The notes: generated from the sequence alone by a model not told the origin. A stretch of DNA of 64,000 nt from an uncultured virus (IMG/VR IMGVR_UViG_3300017766_004071) (IMGVR_UViG_3300017766_004071:1-64000); one strand, 5' to 3'. Positions 19,995 through 30,699 are shown, counted from the first letter of the stretch. A program made the numbers and translations.

Positions 19995-20495
19995 ATGGGT
20001 AAGTCAAAAAAAGAGAAGGTATTAACGGATATTCAATTTACCAAAATTGATATGGTATTAAAGATGTTTAAATGTCTTTTGCCATTGTATATTGAGTGTA
20101 AGGATGATGAACCACGATGTGTAACATTTTGTGGATTGAATAGGAGTGTGATATATGATATTACAAGTTGTAGTTTTTTTAAGGTTGGTTTAATATCTGA
20201 TGGGGCATTAAAGAAACTTGAGAGGAATGTTGAGGAACATCTATATAATAGGACACTTTCGAGTAGGGTTATATTTTCTATATTGGAAAAGAATCCTGAT
20301 ATGACTGTTGAGGATTTTATAAAAATATTGAAGAAGTATGGTACGACAATAACATTAACTGAGAGTGAACATAATCGTTTACCAAAGGACACAAAAGGGT
20401 TTTACGAAAAGACATATGAAGACTATGAGAAGATTGGGGTGAATGTACTAGGTTTGAGGGATTATATGGAATATTTGAATTCGATTAAATTATAG
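19995..20495 (+). CDS. Hypothetical protein, possible His-Me nuclease-like (EEH..EHN)
   Basis: ORF track; motif match weak. Confidence 0.6.
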   Translation: MGKSKKEKVLTDIQFTKIDMVLKMFKCLLPLYIECKDDEPRCVTFCGLNRSVIYDITSCSFFKVGLISDGALKKLERNVEEHLYNRTLSSRVIFSILEKNPDMTVEDFIKILKKYGTTITLTESEHNRLPKDTKGFYEKTYEDYEKIGVNVLGLRDYMEYLNSIKL

Positions 20496-20529
20496 TTTTA
20501 TACTGGTATATTTATATTAAAATTAATTT

Positions 20530-21726
20530 ATGAGAAGAAAGATTAATGAGGCATTGGGAGTACCTGTTAATATAATACCCAGTGCGATTAAGTTATATGA
20601 TGAGATATATAGATTTTTATCTAGTTTAAAGGACATTCAATCTGATAATAGTTATAAGACCATATTAACTGGTGATTATACAATTTCGGATATGAAATTG
20701 AGAACAATTAATTTGGAGGTTGAGTTACATAAGGTTCAAGGTGGGAGTTTTTCATTTTTAAGTTTTGGTCAAGGTGTACATATTTCGGTTAATGACCAAT
20801 TCCAAATGGAAGTATTTGTGGAAGAGGATGAGACAATTATTAATATTGAGTTTATTGTTCCTGAAAAATTCGAGGATAAGGAATTCTTGGAATATTATCA
20901 ACAGAATAAAAATCGTTTCATATCAATTATTGCCCATGAGTTGAAACATGCGTATGATTCTTTCAAGAAGAATAAGACAAATTTACCTAAGAGGGTTGAT
21001 TATCAAATTAGTGCTAATAGGGGATTTGGTGGGGTAAGACCATTGAATAGATTTTTATTTCTTTCATATTATACTCACCATATTGAGAATTTGGTTAGAC
21101 CAACACAATTGGCGGCAGAGATTCATCTTGGAAAGATTACAGCAAAAGAATTTTATAATTTTTTTGTTGATAATGAGATTTTTAAAATATTAAAAGAGGC
21201 AAAAGAATTTTCATTGGAAAATTTAAAGACATCATTAAAGAACTATATGCCTCAAGTTTATGAGATTTTGAATATGGTTGGTATGGATGTTGATACTGAA
21301 GATGATGCTATTGATAGTATCCTTGAATTATTTTATATTAACCTTGTGAATTGGAAACAAGAACAAATGATTAATTTCATTTATCCAAGAGGGAGGAACA
21401 ATCCTTTCTTTCAACATATGGTAAATGACGATAAAGATAATTATATTAACACTTATTCACATAAGATTGGAAAATATAAAGATGATTATGAAAGATTTTA
21501 TATTGATGAGGCGAGATTTATGAAACATACCGCAACAAAGATGATTAAGAAATTGGGTCGATTATATGAATTAACAAATCAAAAAACTATGAAAGAGAAC
21601 AAATCAATTTGGGATTGGGAGATGTATCAAAAAATACATGGTAAGAACTCACCAATTGTTACCAAGATAAAGACCAAGGATGAATTAATTTCGGAATTGT
21701 CAAAACGTATTAAGAAAAAACTATAA
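20530..21726 (+). CDS. HExxH zincin-like protein
   Basis: IIAHELKHAYD..IE; short MRRKINE leader. Confidence 0.7.
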   Translation: MRRKINEALGVPVNIIPSAIKLYDEIYRFLSSLKDIQSDNSYKTILTGDYTISDMKLRTINLEVELHKVQGGSFSFLSFGQGVHISVNDQFQMEVFVEEDETIINIEFIVPEKFEDKEFLEYYQQNKNRFISIIAHELKHAYDSFKKNKTNLPKRVDYQISANRGFGGVRPLNRFLFLSYYTHHIENLVRPTQLAAEIHLGKITAKEFYNFFVDNEIFKILKEAKEFSLENLKTSLKNYMPQVYEILNMVGMDVDTEDDAIDSILELFYINLVNWKQEQMINFIYPRGRNNPFFQHMVNDDKDNYINTYSHKIGKYKDDYERFYIDEARFMKHTATKMIKKLGRLYELTNQKTMKENKSIWDWEMYQKIHGKNSPIVTKIKTKDELISELSKRIKKKL

Positions 21727-21794
21727 TTTAATATCCCCATACTTTAATTAGTGTGGGGATATTTTTTTTGGTATATTTATAAAATAAAAAATAT

Positions 21795-22556
21795 ATGAAA
21801 AAAATTATAAGATTGACCGAGGATGATTTGATTAGAATTGTGGAAAAAGTTATGATGGAAGAAGGTATAACAAATACTTGGGATAAGGTTATGGATTATG
21901 TATATGGTCAGCCAAAAAAGAAGAATGTAAAATCTGGTCAAAGTACATCAGGTGATTCATATAATAAAATGATGAATTTTGTTACTGACCCATTTAATTT
22001 AAAAAAGGATATTGATTTCACAAAAAAAATAAGTCAACCATCATCAACAGGTAAACAAAAGTTAGATGGGTCAACATTGAGTGTTAGTGGAAAAATATGG
22101 CCATTTTTAAGAGAATGGGAGGGTGACCCAAAGAATAGGGTAGGTGGGGTTAAAGAACCGAAGTATAAGGCATATAAGGATAGTGTGGGTGTTGTTACGA
22201 TAGGGTATGGTCACACACAGAATGTTAAACCGACTGATGTATTAAAGAGTAAAAAAGAAGCGGATGATTTATTGGTTTTAGATGTTAGAGAGAACGCAAA
22301 TTATATTCGAAAGATATTGAAGGGTTGGAAGGATAAAAAAATTCCTGGGTATATGGTGACACAAGGGCAATTTGATGCTTTGGTATCATTATCATTTAAT
22401 TCTGGGATTGGTAATGTTAGGAAGTCCGCATTTCTTCAAGAATTAAAAAAGGGAAATGATAAGAAGGCGGCTGAATTAATTAAAACATATAATACAATTG
22501 GAACTCAAGGCGTATCAAATCGAAGACAAGCTGAAATTGATTTATTTAATTCTTGA
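21795..22556 (+). CDS. Leader-tagged phage lysozyme (GH24-like)
   Basis: EG..AYKDSVGVVTIGYGHT..QFDALVSLSFNSG..RRQAEIDLF. Confidence 0.9.
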   Translation: MKKIIRLTEDDLIRIVEKVMMEEGITNTWDKVMDYVYGQPKKKNVKSGQSTSGDSYNKMMNFVTDPFNLKKDIDFTKKISQPSSTGKQKLDGSTLSVSGKIWPFLREWEGDPKNRVGGVKEPKYKAYKDSVGVVTIGYGHTQNVKPTDVLKSKKEADDLLVLDVRENANYIRKILKGWKDKKIPGYMVTQGQFDALVSLSFNSGIGNVRKSAFLQELKKGNDKKAAELIKTYNTIGTQGVSNRRQAEIDLFNS

Positions 22557-22593
22557 TATATTTATTATTATTAATAAATTAATAAAAAAAACA

Positions 22594-23016
22594 ATGAAAA
22601 GAATAGTAAAATTAACTGAATCTGACTTAAGTAAATTGGTTAAAAGAATAATTAAAGAATCCTATGATATTGATGAAGTGATAACTGAGTTGGATGATTG
22701 GATTGAAGGTAATGTTGACCATATCAGTCGATATTCATTAGAAGACAAAGTAAAAGAATTATTAAATATGGATGAAGAAATAACTTCAGAAGTAGAAGAA
22801 TTGGAAAGTGATGAGGGTGATGAATATGGTGAAAATTGGGGAACAAAAATAATTGTAATAAAATACAATGATGAAGATTTGATGAAGGTGTGTGTGACTT
22901 CTGAAGGTGGATATCATTTTGGTAAAAATAATATTGTTTTTGAAGGTGAACCAAGAGATAAATTGGTGCGTGCTGGCTTTGGTATTCGTTTTTATTTCGA
23001 TAAAAGTTTGTTATAA
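22594..23016 (+). CDS. Leader-tagged acidic protein
   Basis: MKRIVKLTESDLSKLVKRIIKE at ATG 22594. Confidence 0.8.
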   Translation: MKRIVKLTESDLSKLVKRIIKESYDIDEVITELDDWIEGNVDHISRYSLEDKVKELLNMDEEITSEVEELESDEGDEYGENWGTKIIVIKYNDEDLMKVCVTSEGGYHFGKNNIVFEGEPRDKLVRAGFGIRFYFDKSLL

Positions 23017-23208
23017 AAAAATCCCCATTCTTTAATTAGAGTGGGGATTTTTTATTTGTATTAATATATTTATAAATAAAAAAATGGCAAAAAATATAAG
23101 AAAATCTAGAGTTTACATTAAGAGTAAAAAATCCTCCAAGAAAACATTCAAAAGGATTAAAAATAATATGGAGGTAATAAAAGAATTAACAATTAAAAAA
23201 TAAAAACT

Positions 23209-23454
23209 ATGAAACATTTATTAAACGAACTATCAGATTCTGAAAAACAAAGAATATTAGGACAATATAATGATTCCTTAATTATTGAAACAAAAAAATT
23301 TAACAAGTTTATAAATTCAAAACTTGGAAATGTAAAACCTCTACTTGAACAAGATGAAGAAGAAGAGGATGAAATGGAAGATGAAGAAGAATATTACTTA
23401 GATATGGATTCAGATGAAGAAGAAGAGGATGAAATGGAAGATGAAGATTATTAA
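23209..23454 (+). CDS. Small protein with duplicated poly-acidic tail
   Basis: DEEEEDEMEDE twice, 60 nt apart. Confidence 0.75.
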   Translation: MKHLLNELSDSEKQRILGQYNDSLIIETKKFNKFINSKLGNVKPLLEQDEEEEDEMEDEEEYYLDMDSDEEEEDEMEDEDY

Positions 23455-23549
23455 TTTAAAATCATAATTATATCCCCATCATATAATATTATGGTGGGGA
23501 TTTTTATTTATAAGAATATTGTGTTATATTTATAGTAAAATTAGATACA

Positions 23550-24023
23550 ATGAGAAAAGAAGGATATAGAATTGGAGAATTTGGTGAGATGGAGATGAAG
23601 GGAATTAATTTGGTTGTTAAAGCATTGGCCAAAAAATTTCCATTTGTAACAGGTTGGGAATTAAGTCAAATTTGGGATGAGTATTACAATGTTATTTTTA
23701 TTAACTTGATAGTTGACCTTGAAAAGGCTGGAGAATATTATAATGTTGAGTTTTCGGATTATTGGATTGATTTATGGAAATCAGATAAAATAGTTGACTC
23801 ATCATATATTTTGTCAATGGCATATAATAATAACTTGAATAATTTAGTTGAGACAAATAAAATCAAAGAAAAATTGGAAGAATTATATTCAAATTTACCT
23901 GATGATTTTTGTTTGTTTTATAGATTTGAAGATACTGATTTAAATAAATTCAAAAATAAATGTTATATTAACATACATTATTTTGTTAATAAACCATCTC
24001 AAAATATATACTATTCAATATAA
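23550..24023 (+). CDS. Hypothetical protein
   Basis: ORF track. Confidence 0.7.
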   Translation: MRKEGYRIGEFGEMEMKGINLVVKALAKKFPFVTGWELSQIWDEYYNVIFINLIVDLEKAGEYYNVEFSDYWIDLWKSDKIVDSSYILSMAYNNNLNNLVETNKIKEKLEELYSNLPDDFCLFYRFEDTDLNKFKNKCYINIHYFVNKPSQNIYYSI

Positions 24024-24029
24024 AGAATT

Positions 24030-24491
24030 ATGAAAATTATAATAACTGAGTCACAATTAAAAAAACTAACTGAAGATAAAGTTGAGAGGACTAAAAATTT
24101 GATAAGACAGAAAGCTAACGAGGATGGTATTATGGATACGTCAAGAATGTTAGGTATGGATTATAAGGATTTTATTAATAAATTTGAAATTCCATTTGAT
24201 GATGATAAGGCAAAAAAACTTATCGAAGATTATATGGATGATAAACTTGATAGAATCTATGATTTTGAGAAAAATAAGGATTTGTATTGTGAACGATATG
24301 AAACACCTGACAAATTTCTCAATGTAGTTGAAGAAGCAATTCTTGACTTCTTATATTACAACCATTTTCAGGATATATTAGATGACGATAGTGTTGAATT
24401 TGAGAATGTTGTTTTTTTGGTGTCAAATTATTTAATTGAAAATTATGGTGATATTATCAAAAATAAATTTATTGAAAATTGTAAGAAATGA
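24030..24491 (+). CDS. Leader-tagged protein
   Basis: MKIIITESQLKKLTE. Confidence 0.8.
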   Translation: MKIIITESQLKKLTEDKVERTKNLIRQKANEDGIMDTSRMLGMDYKDFINKFEIPFDDDKAKKLIEDYMDDKLDRIYDFEKNKDLYCERYETPDKFLNVVEEAILDFLYYNHFQDILDDDSVEFENVVFLVSNYLIENYGDIIKNKFIENCKK

Positions 24492-24940
24492 AAATATTAA
24501 TTAATGAATCTCAACTTGAGGGAGCAATAAAAAAGTATTTAGAAAGATTCTATTCCGATAAAATTATGGACATTGAAATAGAAGGGTCTAAAATTACTAT
24601 AACCTTAGAAGGTGAACCAAATTGGTCTAATATGGCTGAATTGGAATCCGATATTAAAAATGATTTGAAAAGTGTATTTTCAGGTAAAAATCTTCAATTG
24701 GAAATAAAATTTGAAAAAGAATTTGAGGCGACAATTGAATTTGATGGCAATGATGTTAGATTAGAAAAAACAATGGATAATGGTGAAATATTTGAATTGG
24801 AGGGAGAATTGATTCAATATAGTTCTGGTAGAGCTGATGAATGGGAATTCGAACCAACTTATATTTCTGATGATGATTATTATCGTGAAAATTGGGAGAT
24901 GTTGGATGAATATATTTTGGATAGATTTGCTAACAAGTAG
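24488..24940 (+). CDS. Leader-tagged acidic protein
   Basis: MKILINESQLE. Confidence 0.8.
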   Translation: MKILINESQLEGAIKKYLERFYSDKIMDIEIEGSKITITLEGEPNWSNMAELESDIKNDLKSVFSGKNLQLEIKFEKEFEATIEFDGNDVRLEKTMDNGEIFELEGELIQYSSGRADEWEFEPTYISDDDYYRENWEMLDEYILDRFANK

Positions 24941-25064
24941 GTATAATCAAAAAAAGACTAAGTAAAACCAAAAATTATATCAATCAAGTCTTTAACTATT
25001 CTTCTGATATATTTATTATGTAATGGGGTAAAACTAAATGTGGTTTTACAAAACAAAAAACAAA

Positions 25065-25676
25065 ATGAAAAAAGTAATTGTAATCATTTTGTGGTTTATA
25101 TTAGTATTTACAAATTTAAATAAATCACAAAACATTTCAGTTTCTTCGGAAGATGAAAATTTAGTTCACAGAGATGTTACAGCAATTAGTTTCTCGGTAA
25201 ATGCGAACATCAAAAACAACCACCCTTTCACCAATTTTTGTAAGGAGTATCTAAAAGTTGCGATATTATACCATATTGAGTGTGGTATCCCTGCAAGTAT
25301 TCAATTGGCACAAGCAATAGCTGAAAGTGGTGGTGGTAAATCAGAACTTGCTTTGAAAGCAAATAATCTTTTTGGTATGAAGTATTATGAAACTTTATAT
25401 AATGGAGATTATTGGGAATCACCAGGTGGTATTAAATGGAGAAAATACGATAATTTCGAACATTCATTTTCTGACCATGCTGATTTTTTACACAAATTTT
25501 ATCCTAATTTTATTGGTAAAGATTGGAAATTTTGGGTAAAAAATTGTAAAGGTTACGGAGGTGTGGGGTATTGGGCTCACATTGGTTCTGTAATCGAATA
25601 TTATGAGTTATGGAGATATGATGAATATGTTGATAATTACAAGTTGAGAATGGAGGAAAAAACCTATAATTTGTGA
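25065..25676 (+). CDS. Glucosaminidase/muramidase (GH73, FlgJ-like) with N-terminal signal
   Basis: GIPASIQLAQAIAESGGGKS.LA..ANNLFGMK..WRKY..SF.DH. Confidence 0.85.
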   Translation: MKKVIVIILWFILVFTNLNKSQNISVSSEDENLVHRDVTAISFSVNANIKNNHPFTNFCKEYLKVAILYHIECGIPASIQLAQAIAESGGGKSELALKANNLFGMKYYETLYNGDYWESPGGIKWRKYDNFEHSFSDHADFLHKFYPNFIGKDWKFWVKNCKGYGGVGYWAHIGSVIEYYELWRYDEYVDNYKLRMEEKTYNL

Positions 25677-26155
25677 TGATTATATTCTCTTAATTTATCC
25701 AAGTAATGTTTATATAATAAGATTGTCAGATGGTATGACCCCAGTATTAAAACACAATAAATTTCAAACCACAACATACCTGATGATAATAAAATAAGGA
25801 TAGACATTAGATAAAAAACCGTAAATAATCGGAATCGTTTAAGTGTTAATAAGGGATAAGAACATGAGAGAAAAAAAAGTCCCGCGAAAATGTTATGAGT
25901 AATGGGATAAAGTTCTATTGAAAACGCAGTCAGGAGTAATAAAAAAAATGAAGGTATTTGCCATTTGTCAGTACTAAAAAAGAAATAACTTGTGGCTGCG
26001 TTTACTAAAATAAAAAGGGGTTGTAAAGGTGTTTTCCAATAACTTGATATTGACCATAATTCACCACATATTGACAAAAGAATAAAAGGTTGTATAATTG
26101 ATAATATAATCACAAAGAATTTGATATAAAATTCATATTTCTTGATAAATTGCAT
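25664..26155 (-). CDS. Multi-pass membrane protein
   Basis: About 5-6 hydrophobic segments; SISSYW motif. Confidence 0.75.
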   Translation of the reverse strand: MQFIKKYEFYIKFFVIILSIIQPFILLSICGELWSISSYWKTPLQPLFILVNAATSYFFFSTDKWQIPSFFLLLLTAFSIELYPITHNIFAGLFFLSCSYPLLTLKRFRLFTVFYLMSILILLSSGMLWFEIYCVLILGSYHLTILLYKHYLDKLREYNHHKL

Positions 26156-26169
26156 AAAAAAATAAAATT

Positions 26170-26355
26170 ATGAATGACGAACAAAAAGCTCAAGTTTATG
26201 GTTCACTATTAAATGAACATACTAAATATTTCAACGAAATAAATAGAATAAAGGGAGATAGTTTAGACTTGAATCGAGAGCAAAGGTTAAAAATCCAAGA
26301 ATTGGAGAATAAACAAAGAGAAGTGATGGAAAAGGTTAAAAAGTTATTTAGTTAA
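26170..26355 (+). CDS. Small coiled-coil protein
   Basis: ORF track; terminator follows. Confidence 0.65.
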   Translation: MNDEQKAQVYGSLLNEHTKYFNEINRIKGDSLDLNREQRLKIQELENKQREVMEKVKKLFS

Positions 26356-26421
26356 TAACACAAAAACACATCTTTTTAGATGTGTTTTGTTTTTATAAAA
26401 TATTTATTATAAAAAAGTATT

Positions 26422-26766
26422 ATGTCTTATAGAAAAACTAAATTAATTCAAGAAAGAAATATATTATTAGAGAAAAAATACATATTGGAACAAGGTCCTG
26501 TACCACCTCCAGCACCACCTCCTGCACCTGTTCCTATACCACCATCTACAGGAACACCACCTCCATCAAGTGGGGAAACAAAACCTTTTGAAATTAAATC
26601 TGTGGAGGATTTTAAAACCCCTGAAAACAAAAATAAATTATGTAGTAAGATGAAAATACCTACAGAAATAATATCCCAAAAAAAAGAAATTGAGGGGTAT
26701 CAATATTATTTAACTAAAGATAATAGTCAATTATTTTGTTATGATGAAATTGAGGATAAAAAATAA
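26422..26766 (+). CDS. Proline-rich protein with IQERNILLE leader
   Basis: ORF track. Confidence 0.7.
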   Translation: MSYRKTKLIQERNILLEKKYILEQGPVPPPAPPPAPVPIPPSTGTPPPSSGETKPFEIKSVEDFKTPENKNKLCSKMKIPTEIISQKKEIEGYQYYLTKDNSQLFCYDEIEDKK

Positions 26767-26769
26767 TAT

Positions 26770-27597
26770 CTAAGCACTATATCCTGCTTCATCATCAATT
26801 GCTGCATTTACTTTTTCTGTTCCTTTAGCCCAAAAAGTACCAGCAAATTTATTTGTACGGTCTTCTTTGGCTATTTTAACAAGTTCACGAATAGATAATC
26901 CATCTTTTACACCTTGATTAATTCTTTTAGCGAAACCCTGAAAGAAACCAGGACCATTCCAAGTTGCGTATGAAAAATGTAACATTAATGGTCTACTACT
27001 TTCAACAACTTTTTGAGTATCACCTTTAAAGAAACTCTTGGCATTAGAATCGTATAATTTTTTCATCAATTTTGCTCCTAGTTCAAGGAGTTGAGGTCTT
27101 AATTCACCACCATCATAATTCCATTTCCATTTATTACAAAAACTTTCCATACCCATTTTTTCTTTTTCCTTATCAATAAGTCCAAAAAATTCTTTACCTT
27201 CTTGTGCTGTAACACTATTTCCTTCAATATTTCCCGCCACTCTATCAATACCAAACATAGTTTCACCTGACCTACTATAAGCACCTTCTTTTCTTGGATG
27301 TTTAGTACCTGGATATTTGGCACATTCAGGATTCCAATAACCACCTTCAAATTTTTGTATAACTTTTTTAGTTATTTCAATAAAATCAGAAGAAGTACCA
27401 CTTCCACCACCACTATCTGTAGAGGATGAATAATCTGTCGTACTATTGTTACTACCATCAGAACTTGATTCAGATTTTTTAGCTAAATCCATTGCATAAT
27501 CTAAAAAGTCCTTAGCAAATTGTTTTGAATCTAATTCGGTTAAATTATATAGTTTTTTTATTTGAATTTTTTCTTGTTCACTAATTATTAGTCTCAT
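26770..27597 (-). CDS. Leader-tagged lysozyme-like protein (GH108-like)
   Basis: FEGGY..GETMFGIDR; Ser/Gly linker; N-terminus paralogous to 28047. Confidence 0.65.
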   Translation of the reverse strand: MRLIISEQEKIQIKKLYNLTELDSKQFAKDFLDYAMDLAKKSESSSDGSNNSTTDYSSSTDSGGGSGTSSDFIEITKKVIQKFEGGYWNPECAKYPGTKHPRKEGAYSRSGETMFGIDRVAGNIEGNSVTAQEGKEFFGLIDKEKEKMGMESFCNKWKWNYDGGELRPQLLELGAKLMKKLYDSNAKSFFKGDTQKVVESSRPLMLHFSYATWNGPGFFQGFAKRINQGVKDGLSIRELVKIAKEDRTNKFAGTFWAKGTEKVNAAIDDEAGYSA

Positions 27598-27656
27598 TTT
27601 ATTTCTTTTATTTATAAATATTTGATGATAATTAAAATAACTTATATTTATTTAAT

Positions 27657-28046
27657 ATGCAAGTTAAAGTAGAATATAAAGATTCGTGTGTTGATAAAAC
27701 TAAACACAAATACATTCATGAATTTATAAAGTTCTTGAATAAGAATTACCCAATACAACAAGACATTAAAATCATATTTTTATCTAAGAGATTAGGGAAT
27801 ATGACTACAGGTTCTAGAAATAATAAAGGAGAAATTAAAGTATTAGGTAAAAAAAGAATGGTTAGAGACATTTTAAGAACTCTAGCTCACGAATGGATAC
27901 ACGAATACCAATTGGGAGTTTTAGGTAGAAGTAATGGTCCCGATATTGGGGGAATAAATGAAGATGAAGCTAATTCAATTGCAGCTAAGTTACTTAAAAT
28001 ATTTGAAAAATTACATCCTGAAAAGGAATATATGATGTATGAGTAA
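27657..28046 (+). CDS. HExxH metallopeptidase-like protein
   Basis: LRTLAHEWIHEYQ..EDEAN. Confidence 0.75.
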   Translation: MQVKVEYKDSCVDKTKHKYIHEFIKFLNKNYPIQQDIKIIFLSKRLGNMTTGSRNNKGEIKVLGKKRMVRDILRTLAHEWIHEYQLGVLGRSNGPDIGGINEDEANSIAAKLLKIFEKLHPEKEYMMYE

Positions 28047-29345
28047 TTAAACAAATGATGCAAATTCTGAAAAGAATTGTGCTGGCATTTGTGAGTGACT
28101 AACATTTCTTCTTATATCTGGTTGAGTTTTTTCAATTTTACTTAAACTATCACCATGTTTTCTGTATTGACCACCCCAATTCTCTTGTCTTGATACCATT
28201 TTAACATTCTGTGGTAAAGTTCCAGTTAAATCGTTTCCTAATAAAGACATAGTATCAGAAGTAACTATAGGGTCTATAAGTCCTGCTTTATATCCTTGTT
28301 TAGCTGCAGCCCAAGCATTTTTACCACCAGCAGAAAAACCACTCACAGAACTAATTTTAGCATTAGGGTCAGTTGATTTGATATAGTTTATAACACTATC
28401 CAATGAATTCTCAAAATTACTATACGCAACGTTTTTATTTTTCAAGTAATTACTACCTTGTTGTTGCATAAATTGAGCACCAAATTGGGTGCTAGGGTAA
28501 CCACCAAAAACAATAGCATAATCAGAAGAATCAACATTCTTATCAATAATAATTCCTTGTTTAGAAATTGCTTTATCAGATTTTTTTTCACCTTGTTTTG
28601 AACTGCTACCTGGTGATGAAATACCACCTTTATCAGTTACATTAAAATTAAATTCAATGTGTACAGCATTATTTCCTTTTTCTCTTAGAACTTTTCTAAT
28701 CCCTGAGTTACCTTGGTTCATTAATTTTTCAGCTGTAGATGCAAATTTTTCACTATATGGTGTAATATCAATTGCAAAACCAGATAAGTGGTTACTCATA
28801 AGTTTTCCAGTACGTTTGTCTCTCTCTCTTAAAAAATCAGCAAATTGTTGCTGTGTCATTTGATTTGCTTTTAGCTTGTCCCAAGCTTGGACAACCTCAT
28901 TACCGTACCAATTTAATATATCAACCCTTCTGTTTTGTGAATTTGCTCTTGCTTGGTCTTCATAAGTTCTAAGTGTACTTGTATATGTTAAATCAGGTGT
29001 ACCAGCTTCAGCAAATATACTTTTTAAAAGTTTTTCTGCATCGGCATTAAGTGGTATAGCTGATGGATATGACTTTAAAGTTATACTATCGGCATTAGGA
29101 TGTTTAAAATATTCACCAGCGGCAACACTACCACTTTGACCTAAAGATTCACTTGAAGAACTTGAAGAACTTGAAGAACTTGTTGATGATAATCCTCCAC
29201 TTTCACTTGATTGATTTTGTTGATTGGCTAATGACTTAGCATAATTCAAAAAATCACTTGCGAATTTTTTTGAATCCACCTCATCTAATTTATAAAGTTT
29301 TCTTATATTTTTTCGTTCTGATTCTGATATAATTAATCGTTTCAT
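28047..29345 (-). CDS. Leader-tagged protein with M15-like peptidase and alpha/beta-hydrolase-like domains
   Basis: TSTLRTYEDQ..SNHLSGFAIDI..VHIE; GFSAGG; likely start MKRLIISESE at 29345. Confidence 0.65.
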   Translation of the reverse strand: MKRLIISESERKNIRKLYKLDEVDSKKFASDFLNYAKSLANQQNQSSESGGLSSTSSSSSSSSSSESLGQSGSVAAGEYFKHPNADSITLKSYPSAIPLNADAEKLLKSIFAEAGTPDLTYTSTLRTYEDQARANSQNRRVDILNWYGNEVVQAWDKLKANQMTQQQFADFLRERDKRTGKLMSNHLSGFAIDITPYSEKFASTAEKLMNQGNSGIRKVLREKGNNAVHIEFNFNVTDKGGISSPGSSSKQGEKKSDKAISKQGIIIDKNVDSSDYAIVFGGYPSTQFGAQFMQQQGSNYLKNKNVAYSNFENSLDSVINYIKSTDPNAKISSVSGFSAGGKNAWAAAKQGYKAGLIDPIVTSDTMSLLGNDLTGTLPQNVKMVSRQENWGGQYRKHGDSLSKIEKTQPDIRRNVSHSQMPAQFFSEFASFV

Positions 29346-29388
29346 TAAAATAATTTCTTTATAAATATCAGAAAAATTAATTGGTATC

Positions 29389-29814
29389 TTAAGAGATACC
29401 AATTAATTCCAAATCAAATATTAGTTTTTGACCAGCTAATGGATGATTAGCATCTATAACAACACTTGATTCATTTATATCCAAAATTTTCACGATTATA
29501 GGACCTTGTGAACTCATCCCTTGTAAAGTTTCACCAACTTTAACATCTTGAGGGACTTGAGATTTACTGATTGTAGTAATTCTTTCAGGGTCATAGTCAC
29601 CATAAGCATCATTTGGTTCAATTTCGATTGTTTTTTTATCACCAACACTCATCTCCATTAATCCTTGTTCAAATCCTTTGATTAATTGATTTTGACCTAA
29701 AGTTGAAACCAAAGGTTCACGACCTTCATTTAATGAAGAATCAAAAATTGTTCCATCAGATAATCTACCTGTATAATTGACTGTAATGGTGTCACCATTT
29801 TGTACTTTTTTCAT
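29389..29814 (-). CDS. FKBP-type peptidyl-prolyl isomerase (SlyD/SlpA-like)
   Basis: VNYTGRL.DG.IFDSS..LIKGFE..DAYG..DANHPLAGQKLIFDLE. Confidence 0.95.
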   Translation of the reverse strand: MKKVQNGDTITVNYTGRLSDGTIFDSSLNEGREPLVSTLGQNQLIKGFEQGLMEMSVGDKKTIEIEPNDAYGDYDPERITTISKSQVPQDVKVGETLQGMSSQGPIIVKILDINESSVVIDANHPLAGQKLIFDLELIGIS

Positions 29815-29854
29815 TTTATTAATATTTTAATGAAACAATAATAATATAAATTCG

Positions 29855-30127
29855 TTAAGTCAATTCGAATGATATTTGTAACATAAATTTTTTATTATAA
29901 AATCCCATAAACTCCCAAGCTTCCTCAACAATAAAATTTAAACCATCTTGACCAATTTCTTCATATAATTTTGAATCCCCAATAAATAATTTACACCGAA
30001 TAATATATATTTTTTTATTTGTGCTAAAGAATAAGTCTTGTATTTCTACATTACTACCCACCCCATATAGAAGTTCTAGTTCAGAATTAAAAATTCTATT
30101 AATTAAAAAGTGAATTGTTTTGTGCAT
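29855..30127 (-). CDS. Hypothetical protein
   Basis: ORF track. Confidence 0.65.
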   Translation of the reverse strand: MHKTIHFLINRIFNSELELLYGVGSNVEIQDLFFSTNKKIYIIRCKLFIGDSKLYEEIGQDGLNFIVEEAWEFMGFYNKKFMLQISFELT

Positions 30128-30175
30128 TAAAAAAAAATGATTTAATTTGTATTAAAATACTATATTTATATAAAT

Positions 30176-30478
30176 ATGAAAAGACTAATTATAACTGAAG
30201 AAGAAAAAGATGATATACTGAGTAAGTATTCAGAAGCTGACGATAGGATTTTACGTTATATAAGACGTAATTATAGAGTTATTGAAGTACCTGAAGATTT
30301 TATATCTTTTCTTGGAAAATATAAGATTATGGTTGACGATAAAGGTATTCCTGTCAAAAATAATGTTAAAAGATTAGTTGATTTAATTGATTTGGAAATT
30401 ATAGACAATTTTCCTGATGTTTCTGATAAAGTTAGAAGACAAACAATAAAAAAATACATTAAAAATTTTGAAGAGTAA
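30176..30478 (+). CDS. Leader-tagged protein
   Basis: MKRLIITEEEK. Confidence 0.75.
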   Translation: MKRLIITEEEKDDILSKYSEADDRILRYIRRNYRVIEVPEDFISFLGKYKIMVDDKGIPVKNNVKRLVDLIDLEIIDNFPDVSDKVRRQTIKKYIKNFEE

Positions 30479-30512
30479 TTCTAATTTCATATCTTAGATT
30501 AAAATTAGAATT

Positions 30513-30698
30513 ATGTCTGAAATTATTTGGTCTTTGGTTGGTGTTGTTTGGCTAACCATTTCAATCTATATTGCTTATTTGGTCTTTAAATTTGGTAAAC
30601 CTTTATTTCAAAAATTATTGAAATCAAATGGTGTTACTGATTTATATAATGTTAATAATATTTTAAACAAATTTAATAACCCCAATAATAAAAAATAA
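30513..30698 (+). CDS. Small membrane protein
   Basis: N-terminal TM helix. Confidence 0.6.
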   Translation: MSEIIWSLVGVVWLTISIYIAYLVFKFGKPLFQKLLKSNGVTDLYNVNNILNKFNNPNNKK

Positions 30699-30699
30699 A

